Of a stretch of DNA of 64,000 nucleotides, positions 9,284 through 18,535 are shown piece after piece. The translations under genes were made by a program, and so were the position numbers. Origin of the DNA: Candidatus Obscuribacterales bacterium (GTDB lineage: Bacteria > Cyanobacteriota > Vampirovibrionia > Obscuribacterales > Obscuribacteraceae). The first letter of the stretch is position 1; each line of letters opens with the position of its first letter. The notes beneath the pieces were generated by a model. It did no database searches, was not told where the DNA came from, and worked only from the letters and a program-made list of their open reading frames with translations. The DNA lies in the NCBI GenBank assembly GCA_965228855.1, contig CBDDIJ010000003.1, positions 3,328,001-3,392,000 on the forward strand. The letters are read 5' to 3'.

Positions 9284-10585
9284 ATGTGCCCATCAGAATC
9301 TGCGACCAGCGAAAATAACGCAACAACCGACAGCGGAAAAACAGTCGCAATCATCGGCGGTGGCCCAGCTGGATTGATGGCGGCAGAAATTCTCATAGAC
9401 TCCGTTGCGAGGATCGACATATATGACTCGATGCCGACCATTGGTCGGAAATTTTTACGCGCCGGATTGGGCGGATTGAACATAACGCATAGCGAGCCGT
9501 TTGACGCCTTTTGCTCCAGGTATGGAGATCGTCAAAAATTCATGCAAGAATTTCTTGAAGATTTTCCACCCGATGCATTCCGGGAGTGGGTACACGAGCT
9601 GGGCATAGAAACCTTCGTTGGAACATCAGGTCGTGTCTTTCCTAAAGAGATGAAAGCGGCACCACTGCTAAGGGCATGGGTTCACCGGTCGCGCGCAGCC
9701 GGTGTGCGTTTTCACCATAACCATCGATGGATTGGGTTTGGACAAAACGATTCATTGATGTTCGAAACAAAATCAGATCCTGGCGACAGCAGCGTCGAAA
9801 CTGTTTCAGTACCAAAACCAGATGCTACCATTCTCGCACTCGGAGGGGCCAGCTGGCCACAGCTTGGTTCGACTGGAACCTGGGCTCAAATCCTCATGGA
9901 CAAAGGCGTATCAGTACAACCATGGCAAGCCTCTAACTGTGCATTCGACATCGACTGGACGAATCACATGCGAGAACGATTCTCGCATGAGCCACTAAAA
10001 GCGGTATCACTGACATTTACAGATGTAAACGGCAGCACAGAAACGAAACAAGGTGAACTTCTCATTACGGATTACGGCATCGAAGGCAGCTTGATTTACT
10101 GGTTTTCAAAACGTATTCGCGAGTCAATTAACGAAGATGGCAAGGCAACATTCTTCCTCGATCTGCTGCCGGGAAGAACAATGGATAAAGTTCTGAATGA
10201 GCTATCTAAGCCGCGCGGTTCGCGATCGATATCACGCCACCTCCAATCGGTCCTCGGCAACAACGCACTCAAGAAAGCACTTCTGTATGAGATTATCGAA
10301 CGAGAAAAGTTCGCAGACTCACATGCCCTGTCGAAAGCAATCAAAGCACTCCCAATCACAACGCAGAAAGTTCATTCACTGGACAAAGCAATTAGCACTG
10401 CCGGCGGTGTCGGTTTTAATTCAGTTGATAGAAACCTGATGCTCAAAACGATGCCTGGAGTTTTCGTCGCCGGTGAGATGCTCGATTGGGAAGCCCCCAC
10501 CGGTGGCTATCTGCTCACGGCTTGCGTCGCCAGCGGTCGTTGGGCCGGCAAGAGCGCCGCCCGCTGGCTTACGGAAACAAGATGA
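9284..10585 (+). CDS. HI0933/YhiN-like FAD-dependent oxidoreductase (TIGR03862-type flavoprotein)
   Basis: IIGGGPAGLMAA, GRKFLRAG.GGLNITHSE, GTSGRVFP, AISTAGGV and [15 protein letters not shown]. Confidence 0.92.
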   Translation: MCPSESATSENNATTDSGKTVAIIGGGPAGLMAAEILIDSVARIDIYDSMPTIGRKFLRAGLGGLNITHSEPFDAFCSRYGDRQKFMQEFLEDFPPDAFREWVHELGIETFVGTSGRVFPKEMKAAPLLRAWVHRSRAAGVRFHHNHRWIGFGQNDSLMFETKSDPGDSSVETVSVPKPDATILALGGASWPQLGSTGTWAQILMDKGVSVQPWQASNCAFDIDWTNHMRERFSHEPLKAVSLTFTDVNGSTETKQGELLITDYGIEGSLIYWFSKRIRESINEDGKATFFLDLLPGRTMDKVLNELSKPRGSRSISRHLQSVLGNNALKKALLYEIIEREKFADSHALSKAIKALPITTQKVHSLDKAISTAGGVGFNSVDRNLMLKTMPGVFVAGEMLDWEAPTGGYLLTACVASGRWAGKSAARWLTETR

Positions 10586-10600
10586 ACGCGCTTGAGTTGC

Positions 10601-11086
10601 TCAGAAATAAAACTGGAGGAGCGCCTTGTTCGCCGCGCTTGACTCGGTCATAAAGTTTCTAAGTTCAAAGAAGTCGGTACACAGACTCTCCAGAGCACTT
10701 TCAGATTCGAATACTCCCGTTTTGAGACTCTTCTTCATTTCCTCTGCGTCAAAGCATTCACGCAGCTCGATTTCAGAAATAGCTGCCAGCGCACGCTCGA
10801 TTGTTGCCACCTCAGATCGTGAGAAGGCACGAATTTCTTCAACTCCACTGTCTTCGTCCACAAATTCTATAGGAATTCCTCCCGACGTGAGAAAGGAAAG
10901 AAGCTGATTGCGCCCAGCTTCGGTCCGTCTTATCAAAAAGTCTATACCAGGCCAAGTCCAATCTAGAGCAAACTCATCATCGTCATCATCGTCGTTAATG
11001 ATTTCCCCAAGCATGCTGTGGTCACCTTCAATGATTTCATTAAAGATGTCCTCGTTGATAGCCAATAAACAACAGCCAACGCCCAT
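10601..11086 (-). CDS. YfbM/DUF1877-like acidic protein
   Basis: MG start, LDWTW.GIDFL, F.ELRNF...A..NKALL pattern, very acidic. Confidence 0.65.
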   Translation of the reverse strand: MGVGCCLLAINEDIFNEIIEGDHSMLGEIINDDDDDDEFALDWTWPGIDFLIRRTEAGRNQLLSFLTSGGIPIEFVDEDSGVEEIRAFSRSEVATIERALAAISEIELRECFDAEEMKKSLKTGVFESESALESLCTDFFELRNFMTESSAANKALLQFYF

Positions 11087-11164
11087 CTGCGCATCCCCCT
11101 AAACCTAATTACTAATCGCATAACTCGGAAAAATGAAAGTTCGAACCGGCCCCCTCTATATATC

Positions 11165-11833
11165 TCATGAGCGGTAACGCCCCATGTGCCGCTGCCACTC
11201 GACATTTTGACTAAACTCCAGCTCGTCGAGAAGAGGATAAACATTTCTAGCAGCAAATCTATTAACCGCAACAAAAATGTCACCAGTTCCGAACATGAAA
11301 CCAAAAAATGTCATGGACAGACAGACTATGCCGGCAGTCTTCCAGCGAGGCAATCGGTATCGGCGAAGCGAACAGGAAACAAATAGACTACTGAGAATCA
11401 CAAAGGTAGAGAAGCACTGGACTCTGTATTTCCAGACGAGTTGAAACGTGTTTTCAAACATTGCCACTAGCATACCTGAGCTCCAGAACGTGTGCAGGCC
11501 GACATACACATCGTTGTTGCGGTACTGCCTGAAACCATCAGTTAAGAGCGATTCGATAATCTGAGCTTCTGAACTTTGCCGCTGCGCGGCTTGAGATATG
11601 TAACTGGTTGGAATGTCGGCAAAAGATGTCATCTTCGGTAGTTCCACGCACCTCCGACCGATATCGAAAGAGCATGGATAAGCCGAGTTAGGTGGTTCCG
11701 GTTCAACCGCTGAAGCGAAACCTTTATCGAATACTCGGTCCAGGCCAAGTAAGGGATAGTTTGCAACACAAAACAACGCCAGAAAGGCGGCGGTAAGCAC
11801 CATCCAAAGTCTCAGTGCGCGAAACAGCATCAT
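11165..11833 (-). CDS. Hypothetical membrane protein
   Basis: 222-aa ORF with three hydrophobic segments. Confidence 0.5.
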   Translation of the reverse strand: MMLFRALRLWMVLTAAFLALFCVANYPLLGLDRVFDKGFASAVEPEPPNSAYPCSFDIGRRCVELPKMTSFADIPTSYISQAAQRQSSEAQIIESLLTDGFRQYRNNDVYVGLHTFWSSGMLVAMFENTFQLVWKYRVQCFSTFVILSSLFVSCSLRRYRLPRWKTAGIVCLSMTFFGFMFGTGDIFVAVNRFAARNVYPLLDELEFSQNVEWQRHMGRYRS

Positions 11834-11879
11834 TTAGTACCGAACGACAATACCCTAAAGTATTCGAATCGGCGCAGCA

Positions 11880-11953
11880 CGTCTGTGTGGTAATTCCCCC
11901 TGAGGGCGATTGAAATTGATATAGCTCGAAAAATTCAATCAGGAACAACGTAG
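11880..11953. repeat. Joined (empty) copy of the two flanks of the small selenoprotein locus
   Basis: 11880-11919 resembles 21768-21806 (CCCCCTGAGGGCGAT.GAAATTGA). 11920-11946 is identical to 22085-22111 (TATAGCTCGAAAAATTCAATCAGGAAC). Confidence 0.85.
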
Positions 11954-11960
11954 TTAATTC

Positions 11961-12353
11961 TGCATTCGACATCGACTGGACGAATCACATACACGTTCAG
12001 TATCACGCCACCTTCAAACGGTCCTGCGCAAAAACGCACTCAGGAAAGCACTTCTGTATGAGATTATCGAACGGGAAAAGTTCGCAGATTCACATGCCCT
12101 GTCGAAAGCGATCAAGGCACTCCCAATCACAACGCAGAAAGTTCATTCACTGGACGAGCAATTAGCACTGCGGGCGGTGCCAGTTTTGATTCAGTAGACA
12201 GTAACCTGATGCTTAAAGCGATGCCTGGAGTTTTTCGTCGCCGGTGAGATGCTCGATTGGGAAGCCCCCACCGGCGGCTATCTGCTCACGGCTTTCGTCG
12301 CCAGCGGTCGTTGGGCCGGCAAGAGTGCCGCCCGCTGGCTTGCGGAACGATAG
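11961..12353 (+). pseudogene. Degenerate duplicate of the 3' part of the flavoprotein gene at 9284-10585
   Basis: 11961-11990 is identical to 9940-9969. 12001-12347 aligns to 10230-10576 with substitutions and two 1-bp indels (ggacgagca vs ggacaaagca; gtttttc vs gttttc). About 260 bp are deleted internally. Confidence 0.92.
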
Positions 12354-12413
12354 AAGTTTTCCCACCGCTGATTTGGGCATATTCTCAGAGAAGATGAGAA
12401 CCGAAGGAGGTGC

Positions 12414-13226
12414 ATGAATCTCATGAAAACAGCCGGCAGATTGTTTTTTTTATCGATGCTGATCGCACTCACTTGCCACCCAGGGCCATCTCAGGCGCAA
12501 GAAGATCAACAGTCCCTTCTCACCCGGTACAGAAATCTTCAGAAAGAGGCTCTGGACCTGCAAGAGAAGAAGAACTACGTGGAGTCCGAGATAAAGTTCA
12601 GTCAACTGGTAGACGTTGCTCGAAAGTATCCCGGACCCAACAATCAAAATCTCTCCATGGCCCTGCTCGGTTGGAGCCAGGTCCTCGGGATGCTGGATCG
12701 GGGAGGAGATAGCTGGAAAGCCAGTCAAGAAGCACATAAGCTGACCTCGGAGTCCCTCCGGAAGTCAGGAATGGCAGGCGCGGCCAAGACTCTCGATGCT
12801 GTTTACAGTAGAGCCGACACCGCCATGAAGGAGTCCGAAGCCAAGTATGGAGCTCTGAATGGCAGTGGTAAGCGTCTTAACGACATGAGTGTCAAAGGTT
12901 CTATGCGCACGATGCAGATAGCAGCAAATGCGTACAAAGAGAACTACAAGAGGTATCCGACCTCTCTGGATGTCAGATTCAAAAGCTATTTTCCGGGTGG
13001 CGGATCTGATGGAAAGACCGTTCCGAAGCCTCCGATGAATTTCATCACACATCAGCGCCAGTGGCCCATAGCGGCTTCCCCCGGCATCTCTGTAAAGCCC
13101 TCGCCGGGGCAGATCATCTACATCGCCACTCCAGATGGGCGCAAATATTCTATATACGGCTTCGACCAGACAGGGAAGTATCTGATCGATCAGACGACCG
13201 GCAAGACACTGGTATTGACCAACTAA
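12414..13226 (+). CDS. Secreted protein with TPR-like N-part and pilin/GspG-like C-terminal domain
   Basis: GGAGG RBS, signal peptide, and MRTMQIAANAYKENYKRYPTSL resembling the pseudopilin helix-YP motif. Confidence 0.55.
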   Translation: MNLMKTAGRLFFLSMLIALTCHPGPSQAQEDQQSLLTRYRNLQKEALDLQEKKNYVESEIKFSQLVDVARKYPGPNNQNLSMALLGWSQVLGMLDRGGDSWKASQEAHKLTSESLRKSGMAGAAKTLDAVYSRADTAMKESEAKYGALNGSGKRLNDMSVKGSMRTMQIAANAYKENYKRYPTSLDVRFKSYFPGGGSDGKTVPKPPMNFITHQRQWPIAASPGISVKPSPGQIIYIATPDGRKYSIYGFDQTGKYLIDQTTGKTLVLTN

Positions 13227-13292
13227 GATGGAAGCGTAGCGGGCGGAACCTACCTATGTATGCTGCAATACCAAACGATGCCCATGAAATTG

Positions 13293-16200
13293 TTACGGCG
13301 TGGATGTGCCGTTGCTGCCAGCGGTGCCATTGGTGCCTGTGCCACCGCCGACGGTCCCGCCTGTACCGCCGAGACCGGCGCTGCCACCATCTACGTCGGC
13401 CGGATTTGTCAACACGTTGGTTGTAGTGATCGAGCCGCCGTTTCCACCATTGCCACCGTTGCCGCCATCTCCTCCGGTTACGACAAGGCCTCCGCCACTA
13501 CCGCCGGTGCCGCCGGTGCCGCCATTTCTTCCTGCTGACCTGGCAAAGCCGAGCACGGTAATCGTACCTTTGGAACCGAGATCTATTACTCCACCATTGC
13601 CAGCGAGCGAACCGTCTCCACCATCCGCACCCTCGGCGCGAGTGCCCGTTGCTGAATCACCGCCTGAACCGCCAGTTCCACCAACACCTCCGTTTCCGCC
13701 GGAAGAGTCTACTGTGCCGAAGGTCATGTCTCCTTTAACTTTGGTTGCCGTGACCGAGCCTCCGGATCCGGACTGACCGCCATTTCCTCCAGCTCCTGCG
13801 GCTCCGCCAAAGCTGTTCACGCTGTTTCCTCCAGAACCGCCTGTTCCTCCGGTACCACCAGCGCCACCATTGACCGAAACATCATCCAGACTGAGACTGG
13901 CTGCGGTGAAATCGACTGTTCCACCAAGGCCGCCAGCACCTCCGGCCGCACCTGACGAGCCGGTGCCGCCACCACCACTAGTGGTGCCGACCCCTCCGCT
14001 TCCCCCCGTGCCTCCAGTACCGCCATCGCCACCGAGGGCAAGAACATCGTCGACAAAAGGCGTACCTTTTTTGCTGGTGAGGCTCGCTTGACCGGCGATG
14101 CCGCCATTGCCGCCATTACCTGCAGAACCACCTGCGCCGGCTACGACGGCGGTTATAGAACTACCGCCGGAACCTCCACTTCCGCCAGTGGAACCGCTTC
14201 CGCCGTTGAGAATAATGTCGTTCAATACAGAGATATTTCCGGCTTTAGCTGAGAATATCACGATGCCTCCCGCTCCACCGGCGACACCCGCTGCGCCGTC
14301 GCCTCCGTCTCCGCCACCAGCGCCGCTACCACCTCCGCTACCACCTCCGCCACCATTTCCTGCGCTGCCGGAGGTGCCGCCTGCTACGGAAACCGAATTC
14401 AGATTGATGTTACGCGCACTGTTGAGTTGTATAGTGCCTCCGTTTCCAGCGGCTCCGACGACTCCGGCATTTCCTCCGAAACCTCCGCTTTGAGCGTCCG
14501 CGCCACCACCTACGCCACCACTGCCAGAAGTCGAGAGTCCCGTTCCCGCTCGTGCCTGCAGCAGGTTCGTAATGTTGACATCCGGATTGATTTTCCCCTT
14601 CGTTTTGACCAAAATGAATCCGCCGTTGCCCTGAGCGCCGCTGTCACCGCCAGCGCCACCATTGCCTGCGGCGCCTGTAGTGCCGTTTGCAAAGCCACCG
14701 GTTCCGCCGGCCCCACCATTGCCTCCATCTGTTCCGTCGGCGCGAATCGTGTCGGCCAACAGGGACAGAGCGGATATGGATATGGTGCCACCTAGAGCGC
14801 CATTGCCACCAGTTCCGCCGGTGCCGCCGTCTCCAGCAATTCCGTCTGCAATCAGAGAACCACCAGATCCGCCAACACCACCGACACCGGCCGATCCCCC
14901 GCTGGCGTTAACCAGCCCCAGTACTGTTGCTGCGCCGGTAACGGTTATGTCACCTCCGACGCTGGCGCCCAGTGCCGATCCACCGTCACCGCCTCTACCT
15001 GCGCTTCCGGTCAGACTGGCACCGCCTGTGCCACCATTTCCCCCGGAAGCTGAGGTGGTGTAGGTGCTGGTTATGTCTCCGAGAAAGGAAATGTCGACAG
15101 CGCTGATGTTGATTGAACCATTGGAGCCACCATTTGATGCATTGCCACCATTGCCGCCTGCCCCCCCTGCGGCTGTGCTGTCGTTGTTTCCGCCGTCGCC
15201 GCCATTACCACCACTTCCGGATTGACCACCATAAGACAAGATCTGTGTTGAACCCACGGCCGATATGCTACCCGCCTTCTTCGATGTCAGAAGAGTGACG
15301 GTTTGACCGTCACCGCCAGCGCCACCGGCCCCCCCATTGCCGCCTGCGGCTGCATCCATGGTGTTGTCGGCATCGCCGCCATCGCCGCCGGCTCCACCAT
15401 TGCCGCCGCTGGTGCCCGTGGAGTGGATCACTCCGCCTGCGCGCACGGTGATAGTACCGCGCTCTAACTCCACGCTCACGCTCCGGGAGGATCCTCCGTC
15501 GCCACCTGCTCCGCCGGCGCCACCGACTCCACCAGCGGCCAAAACCGAATTGCCTCCATCTCCGCCTTCTCCACCATCAAAAGCCTGGCCGGCTGCGGAA
15601 ATAATTTGAAGAGCTTCTACATTTCCTATGCCATCCGTCAGGAGTGAGACGAATCCTCCGTCTCCACCCGATCCAGCTGCTCCGCCGGCGCCGCCTGCAC
15701 CGCCATTACCTGTAGTACCATTGCCACCGGCTCCGCCATTGCCGCCGAGACCGCCACTTCCCCCAATCGAGACGAATTGATTGCCTCCGATGTTGCCAGC
15801 TTCAGAGGTGAAGAAGACGCTGCCGGAAGCACCTCCGTTTCCGCCATTACCACCGGCGCCGCCGATTCCACCGGTCGTGAAATTAACGCCGGCACTGCCG
15901 TCACCGGCCGCGCCACCATTGCCACCGTAACTGCCTACGCTCGCGTCGATGAAAATTATGTCGACCGCGCCTACTGAGATGTTGCCCCCGGCACCACCAA
16001 AACCACCATCGCCACCGGCGTTGCCGTCTCCCGAAGAGACGGCACCATCTTGTCCAGCACCGCCGTTGCCTCCGGCTGAACTGATCCCTCCTGTATTTAC
16101 GATCGTAAGGTTGCTCTCGGTCGCAGAAATACTTATGCTGCCGCCCTGGCCACCGGCTCCGCCGTCGGCACCGGGTGCAGTGGCATCAGCCCCGTCGGCA

Positions 16201-18296
16201 CCGTCGGCCGAGACAAGACCCTCGATGTATATATCGCCACCGAGGACCACGATGTTACCGCCGTTCGAACCTGGGATGCTGCCGGATACATTTGTTTCGC
16301 CGCGGAGAACCACAGAATCGCTCGTGGCGATTTGAATAGTTCCCCCTTCAGCTATTAGATTGCCGGTTTCCACAGAGCCCGTTCCCAACTTGGAGCCGAA
16401 ACTGACGCGGCCCTCTCCGACCCCTTCCGTGTCGAATGTCACTTTGAGTTTTGCGTCGGTATTGACGAGCGATATAAAGCCTGCGCCGCCGGAACCACCT
16501 GTCGCGCTGGCCTGGTCCACGTTAATCGCGCTGGAATCGTTTCCGGCTACGACAGAAATCACACCGTTTGCGCCTGTTCCGGAGCCGTTGGCGGAGATTG
16601 TGCCGACATTTAGCCTTCCGGTGTCGCCATCCTTATTTGAAAGCGCGATGATCGAAATTGAACCGGCGTTGCCGTTGTTTATTGCCGAGGCATCAACTGT
16701 AGATGAGGACAACAAAATATCTCCGCCTGTCGCTGATGCTTTGCCTACTTGAACAAAACCCTGTGTGATCGCTCCACTCGTCGTGTCGGTGGTCGGTAAA
16801 GCACCGTCTAACGCCTTCAAGGTCGCGCCTGCGATTATCGTAATTGTATTTCCGTTGTCGCCGGTGTTGCGAGATTGGATGATTCTTGCGTCGCCGTCGT
16901 CCGTGATGTTTCCGCTTGCCAGAATGGCGATTGCTTCATCGAATTGCAAATTCCCGCCGATTGTTATATCGCCCGCGTTATTGAAAAATGTAGGATCTCC
17001 CGTGATCACGCTCTGTCCGAGAACCAGATTCTCGGTCGATGCACCGATATGAGCGATGCCGGCGGATACTTTGAGTTGTCCGGTCAGATCGCCGACAACG
17101 CCATCAGCACTACCTTCGCCTGCATTGATGATCAATTTATTCGAATAATAATCGCCTCCGGATAAGACAATCGCATCGGCCGCGCCGAAATTGTTGTTGC
17201 CGATTGTGATGTCACCATTAGCGGTGAATGTTCCGCCTTGACCATTGATTGATACCAGTCGCGGCGTGCTGCTCACCTGCAGCTGATCTGCGACATTGAT
17301 ATTGCCAGCAGCGGCACTGATATTTCCATTATTGAAAATAGTTACACTCTGCAGACTCAAATTATTGCCGGCCGTAATCGAAGGAATTGATGCGCCGCCC
17401 GTTTCGACCGTATTATAGATTGCACCACCAGCGGTGAGATTGAGGTTGCCATTACCAGTAATACTGCCGCTGTTGACTATGTCCGTGTTCGAAAACAAGT
17501 TTAAATCGAGTGTGTTTGTGCCTGCATCCAGAGTCGCGATGCTACCAGTTGCCGAGTTGCGAATGTGATTGGCGCTGATCGTCGCAGCCAAAACCGACGG
17601 ATCGTTGGAGCGCACCAAGAGATTTCCCGCGTTGCGCAGGTTGCCCGATAAATTAAGCTGTTGAGCTGAAGTGAAGTCACCGGTGACGGTGACATTCTTT
17701 GGAATGTGCAGACTACTAAGATCTTGGACGGATGCTGCATCGAGTGTGAGGTTGCCACCATCCGCGCTACCGTTTCGACCCAGAGACAAACTTTGTCCGC
17801 CTTCTTGCACAACTTGATAAACTGCGGCGAGTTCTGCAGCAGTCAGCGTGGTGCCACTGTTTACATGAAGCTCTTGTCCGCCGCGTGAGATAGTGACGTT
17901 GCCGCTTAAATTCGTAATCGAATATGAGTCGCGTCTCGATCTCAAGTTCAAGTCCGACGGAAGCTGAGTCAGATCGACTGCTGTAATTCGCCGAGAGGCA
18001 CGGTCGGCGGCTTGCATGTTCTGGAGCGCATGAATCGATCTTGCGGTGTCGAACTGCATGCGGTTTTCCATTCGAAGAATTCGTGCTTCGTGGCGACTTG
18101 CTTTGTCGCTCATTTCAAGAACGCGCTCGTTGCGTTCGCGAACCGGACGCTCATTGTTGAACGCTCTTCGGGTGGCATTCTGTATCGCGCTATCAAAAGA
18201 GCGATCGTGTGCGTGTGCCGCCAGCGATGCCTGCGTCGATAATGCAAGTAATGTCAGAACAGCAAAAGTGTATTCACATCTCTTGTACTTCTTCAT
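13293..18296 (-). CDS. Large secreted Gly-rich protein (haemagglutinin-like beta-helix plus PGRS-like GGxGGxGG repeats), probable adhesin
   Basis: 1667 aa with a signal peptide, an N/G/T/S-rich beta-helix-like N-half and about 1000 aa of GGNGGAGG blocks separated by short beta-strand spacers. Confidence 0.8.
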   Translation of the reverse strand: MKKYKRCEYTFAVLTLLALSTQASLAAHAHDRSFDSAIQNATRRAFNNERPVRERNERVLEMSDKASRHEARILRMENRMQFDTARSIHALQNMQAADRASRRITAVDLTQLPSDLNLRSRRDSYSITNLSGNVTISRGGQELHVNSGTTLTAAELAAVYQVVQEGGQSLSLGRNGSADGGNLTLDAASVQDLSSLHIPKNVTVTGDFTSAQQLNLSGNLRNAGNLLVRSNDPSVLAATISANHIRNSATGSIATLDAGTNTLDLNLFSNTDIVNSGSITGNGNLNLTAGGAIYNTVETGGASIPSITAGNNLSLQSVTIFNNGNISAAAGNINVADQLQVSSTPRLVSINGQGGTFTANGDITIGNNNFGAADAIVLSGGDYYSNKLIINAGEGSADGVVGDLTGQLKVSAGIAHIGASTENLVLGQSVITGDPTFFNNAGDITIGGNLQFDEAIAILASGNITDDGDARIIQSRNTGDNGNTITIIAGATLKALDGALPTTDTTSGAITQGFVQVGKASATGGDILLSSSTVDASAINNGNAGSISIIALSNKDGDTGRLNVGTISANGSGTGANGVISVVAGNDSSAINVDQASATGGSGGAGFISLVNTDAKLKVTFDTEGVGEGRVSFGSKLGTGSVETGNLIAEGGTIQIATSDSVVLRGETNVSGSIPGSNGGNIVVLGGDIYIEGLVSADGADGADATAPGADGGAGGQGGSISISATESNLTIVNTGGISSAGGNGGAGQDGAVSSGDGNAGGDGGFGGAGGNISVGAVDIIFIDASVGSYGGNGGAAGDGSAGVNFTTGGIGGAGGNGGNGGASGSVFFTSEAGNIGGNQFVSIGGSGGLGGNGGAGGNGTTGNGGAGGAGGAAGSGGDGGFVSLLTDGIGNVEALQIISAAGQAFDGGEGGDGGNSVLAAGGVGGAGGAGGDGGSSRSVSVELERGTITVRAGGVIHSTGTSGGNGGAGGDGGDADNTMDAAAGGNGGAGGAGGDGQTVTLLTSKKAGSISAVGSTQILSYGGQSGSGGNGGDGGNNDSTAAGGAGGNGGNASNGGSNGSINISAVDISFLGDITSTYTTSASGGNGGTGGASLTGSAGRGGDGGSALGASVGGDITVTGAATVLGLVNASGGSAGVGGVGGSGGSLIADGIAGDGGTGGTGGNGALGGTISISALSLLADTIRADGTDGGNGGAGGTGGFANGTTGAAGNGGAGGDSGAQGNGGFILVKTKGKINPDVNITNLLQARAGTGLSTSGSGGVGGGADAQSGGFGGNAGVVGAAGNGGTIQLNSARNINLNSVSVAGGTSGSAGNGGGGGSGGGSGAGGGDGGDGAAGVAGGAGGIVIFSAKAGNISVLNDIILNGGSGSTGGSGGSGGSSITAVVAGAGGSAGNGGNGGIAGQASLTSKKGTPFVDDVLALGGDGGTGGTGGSGGVGTTSGGGGTGSSGAAGGAGGLGGTVDFTAASLSLDDVSVNGGAGGTGGTGGSGGNSVNSFGGAAGAGGNGGQSGSGGSVTATKVKGDMTFGTVDSSGGNGGVGGTGGSGGDSATGTRAEGADGGDGSLAGNGGVIDLGSKGTITVLGFARSAGRNGGTGGTGGSGGGLVVTGGDGGNGGNGGNGGSITTTNVLTNPADVDGGSAGLGGTGGTVGGGTGTNGTAGSNGTSTP
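13296..16260 (-). repeat. Coding low-complexity GGN-codon repeats (Gly-rich region)
   Basis: Plus strand is dominated by ccgcc/ccacc units, producing Pro-rich antisense shadow ORFs. Confidence 0.85.
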
Positions 18297-18535
18297 TTCA
18301 AATCTCCCCGAAAAACCGCTTGCTTGACTTCGCCGTCAAGCCGTCTGCCGCATTCGAGGACTGAAAGAGGCCAAGAATCCGTTTCAGCCGAGTAGCTTAC
18401 ACCAAACAGCGCCAGTTCGATGGTTGCACAACGGCATCTAGAAAAAGATTCACCAGAAATTGATTCAATCTTTCACGAAGCTATCAAGTTCAAATCTGCT
18501 TGATCAGAAGAAACCGCGCAAGGTGATGAACTGAT

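Noticed and set aside
10586..12353. Direct repeat of the flavoprotein 3' end read as attL/attR of an integrative element
   Set aside because: No integrase, transposase or phage genes are nearby, and the copy is internally deleted and frameshifted. It fits a duplication scar better.
13300..17052. Series of Pro-rich plus-strand ORFs
   Set aside because: They are antisense shadows of the Gly-rich gene's GGN codons.
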